Virus record (IMG/VR): IMGVR_UViG_3300024262_006558
Coordinates: 248,001-312,000 of that record
DNA length: 64,000 nt
Reading direction: 5' to 3' (one strand)
Part shown: piece by piece, positions 25,865 through 34,637 of the stretch
How positions within the stretch are numbered: position 1 is the first letter of the stretch
Layout of the letters: each line of letters opens with the position of its first letter
Made by a program: the position numbers and the translations under genes
The notes under the pieces: generated by a model
The model's input: only the letters and a program-made list of their open reading frames with translations
Database searches by the model: none
Told to the model about the DNA's origin: nothing

Positions 25865-26972
25865 ACAAAAACTTCGGAATCACTACCATTCAACGCCTAG
25901 CGCTTAGCGGACGTAGATTCTAAGCTGGGCATGTGAATGATGTAGCGAAGCGGAATCATTCACGTAACGCGTAGCGTTACTTTGATTAATTATGCCCAGG
26001 CAATAACCGACCAGGTCGGTAATCTTTTTAACTCATCATATAATTAAATGTACGACATGGTATGTCGTACATTTAATAGAGCAGCAACATTATAATTTGC
26101 AACCCAATCTCTGAGAATTTCCGCAAGTTCGTAAACCTAACCCCTTAGCTATGTTAATGAATTTATGCCTGCGGGAATGTGGAGGAATTTTTGCTGGTTT
26201 GTAACAAAGCAGAAAAATGACGACACAAGACTAAAGGCATAAAGAAAAGACATAGCAGCTTGGTCCTGATCTGGATCAGGACAATAACTAGACCTATAAA
26301 AAACTCTTAGCAGCACTCCCATCTTTTTATATTTGTTATCCTCGATAACAAATAGCATTATCCCGACTAGGTCGGGTTTAAATAAACTTCCTAAGAGAAA
26401 GCAACGCTTTCGAAGAATACCTACACTGACCCTCTGAAAATTTCCGCAAACTCGTAAACGATTAACCCGCCACAATCCCCCACTTACCCCCACCCTACTC
26501 TCTGAAAATTTCCGCAAACTCGTAAACGATAAAACATACCAGTAACAACCAACGTTTCTCGTAGAATTTCCGCACTTTCGTAAACGCTATGCAGACACAA
26601 CTCTACATATAAATTTTTTACTTAAAAATAAAGTACATAATATCCCCAACAAAATAGAGATTATTTCGTTTATTAAGTATAGGGAGTTTGGACAAGAACA
26701 GACGCCGCCTTTTAACACGAGAACAAAGGCGGATCCAATAAACAAAAAAGGAGCTTGTCCCCTACCCTATTAAAACATTATGTATACACGCCCAACCGCA
26801 TACCCGCTTACGCGATTATACGGACAGGATTATACAGCCTAAAAAAAAAATTCTCATTATTGTAAATTATAAGTTTGATTATTGTCGCATTTAATCACAC
26901 TTGACTAGGAGTTAACGCAGTGAGAAAAAATTTGGCCCCCTTAATGGAGTGCCGAGCGGCTTCAGTTAGAGA

Positions 26973-26988
26973 TGTTCCACGTGGAACA
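26973..26988. promoter_or_regulatory. parS: parS centromere-like site
   Basis: TGTTCCACGTGGAACA, inside a perfect 24-bp palindrome at 26969-26992, in a long non-coding region. Confidence 0.8.
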
Positions 26989-28181
26989 TCTCGCTAAAGT
27001 CTAAGAATTTTAAAGTTTCCACTTTGGAAACCTGGGTTTTAAAGTTTTTTCGTTGGTTGAAAAACCATGAGGATTTCTGGTGGAAAATCTTGGGCAAATT
27101 GAGTCGCTTTTCTAGAACGCCCCCAGCCCACAAAATGTACTTTTACTCTCCTTCCCTCCAAAAAAACCAATTTTACCTCTTAAAAACCTTTTTTACACCA
27201 AACATACCGCCTAAGTCTCCCCCTAATATAAGCCATTCTAAGCCCCTATAATCTCCCTATTAATACATCATTAATAAGTCTTAAAAACCTCTCTAAAAAC
27301 CTCTTATATATGCACCTATTAACACGTCTATATACTGGGTTAAATCGGGTTAAAAAGTACTCTATTTCTTCATGTGAATAACCTACTCTTTTTACACACA
27401 TATTCACACATATTTTTACATACTTCCTCTCCCTAATTTGGACCTCTCCCTGTGTGGTAAAAAGCGATCAGATTTAGGGCATAAAACCGATGTTAAAAAA
27501 GGGGTTTTGGCGACCCCTTTTTACCATAGAATAACTACCATAATTAATGGCGTAAAAACCTCTAATAACCCTATCCTTTTACTGGGTGTGAAAACGCTCA
27601 AATCACACCTCTCCCTGCCCTATATAATACACCACAATAAACAGCCTATTAATAAGTCATTTTAAGCTCTTCTAAGCGACTCGATTATACATCTGGGGTA
27701 ATGAGTTATTATCTACATAAAAACGTTATTATACATGCTTATATCTAACCTCTCCCTATTCGTAGATTTAAGTCATATACAATTTTGTTGGGGTTTATTT
27801 GTAAGTAATATTTTTTATTAATATTTATTCATGTAACCCTTAATCAGAGGGGGGTTTAGGAAGCTTCAACATAGTTGAATGAAGACTACACTTTTAAACT
27901 ACGTTCCTCAATAGCACGGGTACTAATTACGAAGCATCTCTATAATACTTGGAGGTTCAATGCTAAGTCTGTTTCTATTTTTTCCAAAGGGGGTTGTTGA
28001 TGGGGCAGAGCCTAAACTCAATCGTACTGACTTGACTGACAGCAAGACGAAGGTTAATAAAACAATTCTCAAATCTCTTTCTAACGAAGGGGGTTTGGGG
28101 GTTGTTGTTTAAGACCTACCTCTTCTCACCAGCCTTACTTCCAGCAAATAATTTACTGTCTACAATAGGCATGTATATTAC

Positions 28182-28886
28182 TTATATAGTTCTCCTAGTA
28201 ATTTTGTAGTCTAGTTCACCTCTAAGTTTCTTCTGTTGGAATTCTTGTCTCTTCAAGTAATCTAATATAAAATCCTTAGTAGGGTCTGAAACATATCCTT
28301 CATTAACTAGACGCCAAGGAGATTGGTTATGTACATTTCTTATATACATATCCGCTCCAGCATCGAGTAGAGCTTTAATCATATCCAGTGAAGCTCTTCG
28401 TTCTAGCGCGGCATACAATACGGTCCAGGAAGATGGTGTTGATTGGTAGTTAGGATCTACTCCTAATTCCAACAACAGCTTTAGAGCTTTGGGGGAATTC
28501 TGAGTTGCGGCTTGTACAATTGGAGGGGCCCATTGTTTAGCAATACACCTATGTATATCTACTCCTATTCCGTGTAGGTATTTGATACAATCTACCGAAT
28601 CATAAACGGAGCATATTATAATTAAGCTTCTACTATCTTTGTCTAATTCATCTCTATGAATAGCTCCTACGTATATTAGTTTTTTAAGCGCTAGTGGTTT
28701 ATCGTCTCTAATACATTGTACAGCTATCTCCATAAAATCTATATCTGTTTTGAAGTCTTTGAAGAATTCATTGGACAGGAACTGGAAAGATAGATAGTAG
28801 TCTGACCAATTTATTTGGTCGGCATGTTCTATGAGCCACTCTTCTGTTTTTATAAAATTTCTTTGAGGTATTTCACTTAAGTACAT
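28182..28886 (-). CDS. ankyrin-repeat protein with N-terminal Trp module
   Basis: TEEWLIEHADQINW head; PPIVQAATQNSPKALKLLLELGVDPN. Confidence 0.85.
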   Translation of the reverse strand: MYLSEIPQRNFIKTEEWLIEHADQINWSDYYLSFQFLSNEFFKDFKTDIDFMEIAVQCIRDDKPLALKKLIYVGAIHRDELDKDSRSLIIICSVYDSVDCIKYLHGIGVDIHRCIAKQWAPPIVQAATQNSPKALKLLLELGVDPNYQSTPSSWTVLYAALERRASLDMIKALLDAGADMYIRNVHNQSPWRLVNEGYVSDPTKDFILDYLKRQEFQQKKLRGELDYKITRRTI

Positions 28887-29563
28887 AAAACTTTTTCTTT
28901 AAATTCTTCTTCTCTATGCCTTTCTCCATTCAGATACCAAGATTTATCTCCATTGGCACATTCAATAGCTGGACCATCTTCACGATGTTTTTCTCCATTC
29001 AGATACCAAGATTTATCTCCATTGGCACATTCAATAGCTGGACCATCTTCACGATGTTTTTCTCCATTCAGATACCAAGATTTAGATCCATTGGCATATT
29101 CAACGGCTGGACCATCTACTCTATGTCTTTCTCCATTCAGATACCATTCTTTTTGTCCATCGGCATATTCAACGGCTGGACCATCTACTCTATGTCTTTC
29201 TCCATTCAGATACCAATATTTAGATCCATCGGCATATTCAATGGCTGGACCATCTACTCTATGTCTTTCTCCATTGAGATACCAATATTTAGATCCATCG
29301 CTCCATTCAACGGCGGGTCCATCTTCTCTATGCCTTTCTCCATTAAAAAACCAATACTTATCTCCATCGGCATGTTCAATAGCTGGACCATCTTCTCTAT
29401 GCCTTTTTCCATTCAGGTACCAGTTAGTTATTTCATACTTAAACATATCTCCGAATTCTTTGGAGAAGATATCGGAATGGTATTCGAATTTATCCCAATC
29501 AATAGAGTCGGCATGTTCAATGCACCACTTTTCTCCTTTATCTATGTAATCATTGGCGATCAT
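28877..29563 (-). CDS. Trp module + HREDGPA repeats (7 full units)
   Basis: GEKWCIEHADSIDWDKF head, then 22-aa repeats. Confidence 0.85.
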   Translation of the reverse strand: MIANDYIDKGEKWCIEHADSIDWDKFEYHSDIFSKEFGDMFKYEITNWYLNGKRHREDGPAIEHADGDKYWFFNGERHREDGPAVEWSDGSKYWYLNGERHRVDGPAIEYADGSKYWYLNGERHRVDGPAVEYADGQKEWYLNGERHRVDGPAVEYANGSKSWYLNGEKHREDGPAIECANGDKSWYLNGEKHREDGPAIECANGDKSWYLNGERHREEEFKEKVLCT

Positions 29564-30215
29564 TGTATTTTTTTTCGGTTAATTCTTTTCCATTGAGATA
29601 CCATGATTTATCTCCATCGGCATATTCAATAGCTGGACCATCTTCTCTATGCCTTTTTCCATTGAGATACCATGATTTATCTCCATCGGCATATTCAATA
29701 GCTGGACCATCTTCTCTATGTAGATTTCCATTGAAATACCACTCTTTATGTCCATTGGCCCATTCAACGGCTGGCCCATCTAATCTATGCCTTTCTCCAT
29801 TAATCCACCATTCTTTATGTCCATTGGCAGATTCAATAGCTGGACCATCTTCACGATGATGCTTTCCATTCAGAAACCATTCTTTATATCCATTGACATA
29901 TTCAATAGCTGGTCCATCTAATCTATGCCTTTCTCCATTAATCCACCATTCTTTATGTCCATTGGCATATTCACAAGCTGGACCATCTACTCTATGCCTT
30001 TTTCCATTCAGGTACCATTCTTTGTCTCCATTGACTAATTCAACAGCTGGACCATTTTCTCTATGTAGTTCTCCTTTGGAGTTTTTCCATACAAACCTTA
30101 TAATTTCATATTTAAAGGTTTCAAAGAAATCTTTAGAGTAATAATTCATATCGCATTGGAATGAGTTCCAGTCGAATGAGTCGGCGTGCTTTATGATATA
30201 TTCTTCTGTTTGCAT
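29550..30215 (-). CDS. Trp module + HREDGPA repeats (7 units)
   Basis: TEEYIIKHADSFDW head. Confidence 0.85.
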   Translation of the reverse strand: MQTEEYIIKHADSFDWNSFQCDMNYYSKDFFETFKYEIIRFVWKNSKGELHRENGPAVELVNGDKEWYLNGKRHRVDGPACEYANGHKEWWINGERHRLDGPAIEYVNGYKEWFLNGKHHREDGPAIESANGHKEWWINGERHRLDGPAVEWANGHKEWYFNGNLHREDGPAIEYADGDKSWYLNGKRHREDGPAIEYADGDKSWYLNGKELTEKKYNDRQ

Positions 30216-30841
30216 TGAGTTCTTTGTTTAAAGTCTTCTTCGGTTACTCGTTTACCATTGAGATACCAGTGTTTAGATCCATTGTATTTAATTACAGCTG
30301 GTCCATCTTCTCTATGAAGTTCATCATTGATATACCAAAAATTATCTCCATTGGCATATTCACAGGCTGGACCATCTTCTCTATGTAGTTTTCCATTCAG
30401 GTACCAAAAATTATCTCCATTGGATTTAATTACAGCTGGCTCATCTACTCTATGCCTTTTCCCATTCAGATACCATTCTTTGTCTCCATCGCTCCATTCA
30501 CAGGCTGGACCATCTACTCTATGCCTTTTCCCATTCAGATACCATTCTTTGTCTCCATCGGCATATTCACAGGCTGGACCATCTACTCTATGCCTTTTTC
30601 CATTAATAAACCAATGCTTATCTCCATCGGCATATTCAATAGCTGGCCCATCTACCCTATGACATTTACCATTCAGATACCAATGTTTAATTTCACTTTT
30701 AAACTGTACAGCAAAGTCTGTTGAGAACTTATCTGCATGGTATTCGAATTTATCCCAATCAATCTTATCGGCATTATTAATACACCATTCTTCTCCTAGT
30801 ATAGTATAGTCTTCTGCATTAATATTATCCTGTGTATTCAT
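30191..30841 (-). CDS. Trp module + HREDGPA repeats (6 units)
   Basis: GEEWCINNADKIDW head. Confidence 0.85.
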   Translation of the reverse strand: MNTQDNINAEDYTILGEEWCINNADKIDWDKFEYHADKFSTDFAVQFKSEIKHWYLNGKCHRVDGPAIEYADGDKHWFINGKRHRVDGPACEYADGDKEWYLNGKRHRVDGPACEWSDGDKEWYLNGKRHRVDEPAVIKSNGDNFWYLNGKLHREDGPACEYANGDNFWYINDELHREDGPAVIKYNGSKHWYLNGKRVTEEDFKQRTQCKQKNIS

Positions 30842-30886
30842 TATATTCTCTATAGTAGTTGAAGTGTTATTCTCCTATGTAATATA

Positions 30887-31648
30887 TTAATTATCTATAG
30901 TTGAAGTTGTGTTTTCTAATTGGGGTTCTCCATGAATGTGCCAACGTTTATGTCCATCGACATATTCAACAGATGGACCATCTTCACGATGTCTTTTTCC
31001 ATTTAGCCACCAGGATTTAGTTCCATTGGCAGATTCAATGGCTGGACCATCTACTCTATGTCTTTCTCCATTGAGATACCAAGCTTTATCTCCATCGGCA
31101 TATTCAATGGCTGGACCATCTACTCTATGTCTTTCTCCATTGAGATACCAGTGATTATCTCCATTAGTATATTCAACGGCTGGCCCATCTTCACGATGTT
31201 TTTCTCCATTCAGATACCAAGCTTTATGTCCATCGCTCCATTCAACGGCGGGTCCATCTTCACGATGTTTTTCTCCATTCAGATACCAAGCTTTATCTCC
31301 ATCAGAACATTCAACGGCGGGTCCATCTAATCTATGCCTTTCTCCATTAAGAAACCATTCTTTATATCCATTGGCCCATTCAACGGCTGGCCCATCTTCT
31401 CTATGTCTTTCTCCATTCAGATACCATTCTTCATCTCCATCGCTCCATTCAACGGCGGGTCCATCTTCTCTATGAAGCTTTCCATTCAGATACCAGTTAG
31501 TTATTTCATATCTAAACATTTCACCGAATTCTTTGGAGAAGATATCGGCATGATATTCAAATACATCCCAATCAATATTATCTGCATTAGCGATACACCA
31601 TTTTTCTCCTTTAGTTATATGGAAATTGTTTTCTAAGTTAATAGCCAT
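30887..31648 (-). CDS. Trp module + HREDGPA repeats (8 units)
   Basis: GEKWCIANADNIDW head. Confidence 0.85.
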   Translation of the reverse strand: MAINLENNFHITKGEKWCIANADNIDWDVFEYHADIFSKEFGEMFRYEITNWYLNGKLHREDGPAVEWSDGDEEWYLNGERHREDGPAVEWANGYKEWFLNGERHRLDGPAVECSDGDKAWYLNGEKHREDGPAVEWSDGHKAWYLNGEKHREDGPAVEYTNGDNHWYLNGERHRVDGPAIEYADGDKAWYLNGERHRVDGPAIESANGTKSWWLNGKRHREDGPSVEYVDGHKRWHIHGEPQLENTTSTIDN

Positions 31649-31651
31649 AAT

Positions 31652-32374
31652 CTATTTTGTATTTTCTATATCATCTAGATTATCTATGGTTACGGTTATT
31701 TCTCTAAAGACTCTTTTGTTACTATAGTTAGTTTCTCTGGTTTCCAGTATTCTAGCGCTTGGATATTTACTGGTTAGTAATTTAGAAAGTGCTTCGAAGT
31801 TTTTATCTGATGCTATTGTTTGGTTATCATCATTAAAAGACAGGCCGACTTTTTCCAGGTCTACTTTCTTTTCTTCTATGGTCTTACCTTTATCTCTATA
31901 CGGATCGCATAGCATACCTGAAAGGGTAAGGTTTATTCTACCTGATTGTCCAATGGAGAATTCCTTTATATGTCCTAGTCCTTCTAAGTTCCACCACATC
32001 CAGATATCATCATAGATATTCTTTATTCTTTCTCTAGCGTCTTCGTTGGTTACTTTGTTGCCCAGTTGTTTTCTAAGATCCCTGTTCTCGATGTTCAGGG
32101 ATCTTATCTCTGAGTATCGTTCTTTATTTTGTTGGTCTAGTACCCCTTCATAACCTAAAGTCTTCTGTAATTCTAGAACATAGTGTTCCGAAAGGGATAA
32201 CTGAGTTGCTTTCATTCCTTCAGTAAGTTTACCCGCTTTCAGTTGAGAGTGAAGATGTCCTATGTTAAATTTAATGTCATTATAGGATTTCTCTATAGCT
32301 TTTAGAAGATCTCCTTTGGGATCTTCTACAAGCGTTGTGTCTTCTTTATCAAATGTTAATTGTCTATCTTTCAT
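31652..32374 (-). CDS. hypothetical coiled-coil phage protein
   Basis: ORF track. Confidence 0.75.
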   Translation of the reverse strand: MKDRQLTFDKEDTTLVEDPKGDLLKAIEKSYNDIKFNIGHLHSQLKAGKLTEGMKATQLSLSEHYVLELQKTLGYEGVLDQQNKERYSEIRSLNIENRDLRKQLGNKVTNEDARERIKNIYDDIWMWWNLEGLGHIKEFSIGQSGRINLTLSGMLCDPYRDKGKTIEEKKVDLEKVGLSFNDDNQTIASDKNFEALSKLLTSKYPSARILETRETNYSNKRVFREITVTIDNLDDIENTK

Positions 32375-32894
32375 TATATTTTTCTTCGGTTAATTGTTTA
32401 CCATTCAGATACCACTCTTTATTTCCATCGGCATTTTCAATAGCTGGACCATCTAATCTATGCCTTTCTCCGTTGAGATACCAATATTTAGATCCATTGG
32501 CAGATTCAACAGCTGGGCCATCTAATCTATGACATTTACCATTGATATACCAATATTTAGATCCATCGTTCCATTCAATAGCTGGCTCATCTACTCTATG
32601 CTTCTTTCCATTCAGGTACCAGTATTTATCTCCATTGTCCAATTCCATAGCTGGGCCATCTAATCTATGACATTTACCATTGATATACCAGTATTTAGAT
32701 CCATTGTCAGATTCAATAGCTGGACCATCTACTCTATGGAATTTACCATCTGGGTTTTTACAAACATAAACTAGTATTTCATCTTTAAAGTCATCGGCAA
32801 ATTCCTTTGAATAGGTATTCATATCGCATTGGAATGAGTCCCAATCGAAAGAGTCGGCGTGCTTTATGATATATTCTTCTGAATACTTTTCCAT
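32364..32894 (-). CDS. Trp module + HREDGPA repeats (5 units)
   Basis: SEEYIIKHADSFDW head. Confidence 0.85.
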   Translation of the reverse strand: MEKYSEEYIIKHADSFDWDSFQCDMNTYSKEFADDFKDEILVYVCKNPDGKFHRVDGPAIESDNGSKYWYINGKCHRLDGPAMELDNGDKYWYLNGKKHRVDEPAIEWNDGSKYWYINGKCHRLDGPAVESANGSKYWYLNGERHRLDGPAIENADGNKEWYLNGKQLTEEKYNER

Positions 32895-32902
32895 GAATAA
32901 AT

Positions 32903-33883
32903 TTATTTAAAATCTACTTTTCCATGAAAGTTCCAACCAGTTACAAGGCAATGATCATTGTAGGCTTTGTACTCATGTCCATCTGGAGAAGTAAACGTCA
33001 CCGTGTATGAGCAGACTTGTCCATCATGGTTGTGATATTCGTCAGTACTAGCTTCAAACTCCCACTCTTCAAGGGCGGACCAATCAACTTCAAATTCCTC
33101 ATTCCATTCACTTATAGTTTCTTTATCTAGAATCATATGATCTCCACAAGTATCATATAAAACTCCATTAAGTACTTTCCCATCAATTTCAAATGGGAAA
33201 GGAGGTTTCTTATCTTTTTTACCAAAAATTTTACACAGTAAAGATTCATCTTCCGCTAAACTGATAGCCTTTGGTAATTCATTCATACTAATCTCTATAC
33301 GAGTTTTTAGTATGTAGTTAGCTATACGTTTAAGCGTAGCTTTAGATTTCAATTTCTTCTTGCTATCATTGAGCCATTTTTCTAACTCGACTAAACCTTT
33401 CACAAAGTATTCTTTTTCGTAGTAAGTATGACCCCCATTTCCTGTAGAGAAAGAAAGGCCGCTAAAATAAAAGTCTAATTTTTCATAAGAAACAAAAACG
33501 CCTGTATGATACTCATTAGATCCGAGTAAATTTCTTTCATAAATCTTTTCATCTCTAAACGACTCCTTTTTAAAAACGAATTTCTCTGGGCTTTCTTCCC
33601 AAGCTTTAATAACTTTATTAGCTACTCTCTTAACTTTTTCGGATTCATCTTCAATCTTCTTTAATAATGAGTCAGCTATTTGTTGAACAGCTTCATCAAC
33701 GCCATCAGCGCTAGATATATTAGCTAATACTCCATCTAGATCAATTTCATCAATTCTAATTTTAATATTAGAGAGTTTAACGTTGTGATCAGAAAGGTTT
33801 TCAATCTTGAAATCTGGATTTAAATTGAAGTCTTTGTTTAGGTTCTTCACGAATCCTGATAATGTTATTTCTTTTGCGCTCAT
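32903..33883 (-). CDS. hypothetical protein
   Basis: ORF track. Confidence 0.75.
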   Translation of the reverse strand: MSAKEITLSGFVKNLNKDFNLNPDFKIENLSDHNVKLSNIKIRIDEIDLDGVLANISSADGVDEAVQQIADSLLKKIEDESEKVKRVANKVIKAWEESPEKFVFKKESFRDEKIYERNLLGSNEYHTGVFVSYEKLDFYFSGLSFSTGNGGHTYYEKEYFVKGLVELEKWLNDSKKKLKSKATLKRIANYILKTRIEISMNELPKAISLAEDESLLCKIFGKKDKKPPFPFEIDGKVLNGVLYDTCGDHMILDKETISEWNEEFEVDWSALEEWEFEASTDEYHNHDGQVCSYTVTFTSPDGHEYKAYNDHCLVTGWNFHGKVDFK

Positions 33884-33889
33884 ACCTTT

Positions 33890-34630
33890 TTAATTTGTTT
33901 TAGCAACTACTAATTTCTTTTCTATTTCTGGCTGTACGTAATCTTTATGTTCTCTTATGAAATTTGCCATTTCCTCTTTATAGAAGAAATCGCAAAACAT
34001 GACAGCATTCCTGTCGTGATCATCCACCGCATTAATATCAGCTCCAAGTTCTAGAAGCAGGTCAACAGTTTTTCTTTGATCACTACTTGCCGCCATCATA
34101 AAGGCGGTGCTACCAACATATTCTCTATAGTCTACTCCTAATATTTCTACTAGTATTTTGACTAACGTGTTATAGCCTTGCTCTGCTGACCACATAAACA
34201 TTTCACCTAACTCAAGGGTTTCTTTTGCTTTAACGAAGAAATCTTTTGAAAAGTTGCGTAACAGTGGGAACTTTTCATCTTTATACTTAAGTTTGTGCAT
34301 GTTTTCTAAATACCAAACTTCTTTTTCTTCCGAGTTCTTAAACTTTTGTTTCTTTGCTTTAGATAAAAACTTCTTTGTATTTTTAGAGATTTCTTCACCA
34401 TCAATGTACCATGTTTTTTGGTTATATCTCTTGTCAATTGTGGCTGGACCATCTTCTCTATGCAATAGACCTTCCTCATTTTTCCAAAATAGAATTTTAA
34501 TTTCGCTTTTAAATTCCTTAACAAACTTTTTTGAGAAGATATTCATACTGCACTCAAAATCATCCCAGTTAAATGAATCGGCGTTCTCTGTTATATATTC
34601 TTCGTTATATGTGTCTCTAAATTTGTCCAT
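33890..34630 (-). CDS. chimeric Trp module + HREDGPA unit + second Trp-like module + ankyrin repeats
   Basis: NEEYITENADSFNW; LHREDGPA; GSTAFMMAASSDQRKTVDLLLELGADINAVD. Confidence 0.85.
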   Translation of the reverse strand: MDKFRDTYNEEYITENADSFNWDDFECSMNIFSKKFVKEFKSEIKILFWKNEEGLLHREDGPATIDKRYNQKTWYIDGEEISKNTKKFLSKAKKQKFKNSEEKEVWYLENMHKLKYKDEKFPLLRNFSKDFFVKAKETLELGEMFMWSAEQGYNTLVKILVEILGVDYREYVGSTAFMMAASSDQRKTVDLLLELGADINAVDDHDRNAVMFCDFFYKEEMANFIREHKDYVQPEIEKKLVVAKTN

Positions 34631-34637
34631 CTATTAA

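Larger units (their letters stand above)
4333..26586 (+). repeat. dispersed ~30-bp motif CTCTGA(G/A)WWTTTCCGCAANNTCGTAWAC
   Basis: Copies at ~4333, 6515, 7921, 13116, 17166, 26109, 26432, 26500 and 26558; all intergenic and on +. Confidence 0.8.
1154..26647 (+). promoter_or_regulatory. dispersed 36-bp repeat family GTACATAAT(A/T)TCCCC-N5-(C/A)GTATATATTGGTGAA, putative phage promoter (class I)
   Basis: 36-bp copies start at 1154, 2810, 3104, 3461, 4392, 4696, 5130, 5629, 6046, 6582, 6883, 8016, 8201, 9213, 10193, 10718, 11384, 12289, 13202, 13743, 14773 (degenerate), 15860, 17254, 18220, 19106 and 25517; half copy at 26633; all on +, nearly all a short distance upstream of an ATG. Confidence 0.85.

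Noticed and set aside
27373-27460. DnaA-box cluster (oriC)
   Set aside because: One perfect and two mismatched 9-mers in AT-rich DNA can occur by chance; kept only as weak context.
26149-27665. ORFs 26149-26517 (-), 27024-27251 (+) and 27438-27665 (+)
   Set aside because: They overlap repeats and low-complexity DNA, two begin with non-ATG starts, and the composition is not protein-like; treated as non-coding.
23292-32532. Antisense and alternate-frame ORFs over the repeat genes (e.g. 28916-29596, 28953-29549, 23477-23992)
   Set aside because: Shadows of the 66-bp repeat lacking stops in other frames; no promoters or plausible composition.
23242-32894. Diversity-generating retroelement acting on the HREDGPA genes
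   Set aside because: No reverse transcriptase or avd in the window, no non-coding template repeat seen, and differences between units are not visibly restricted to adenines.
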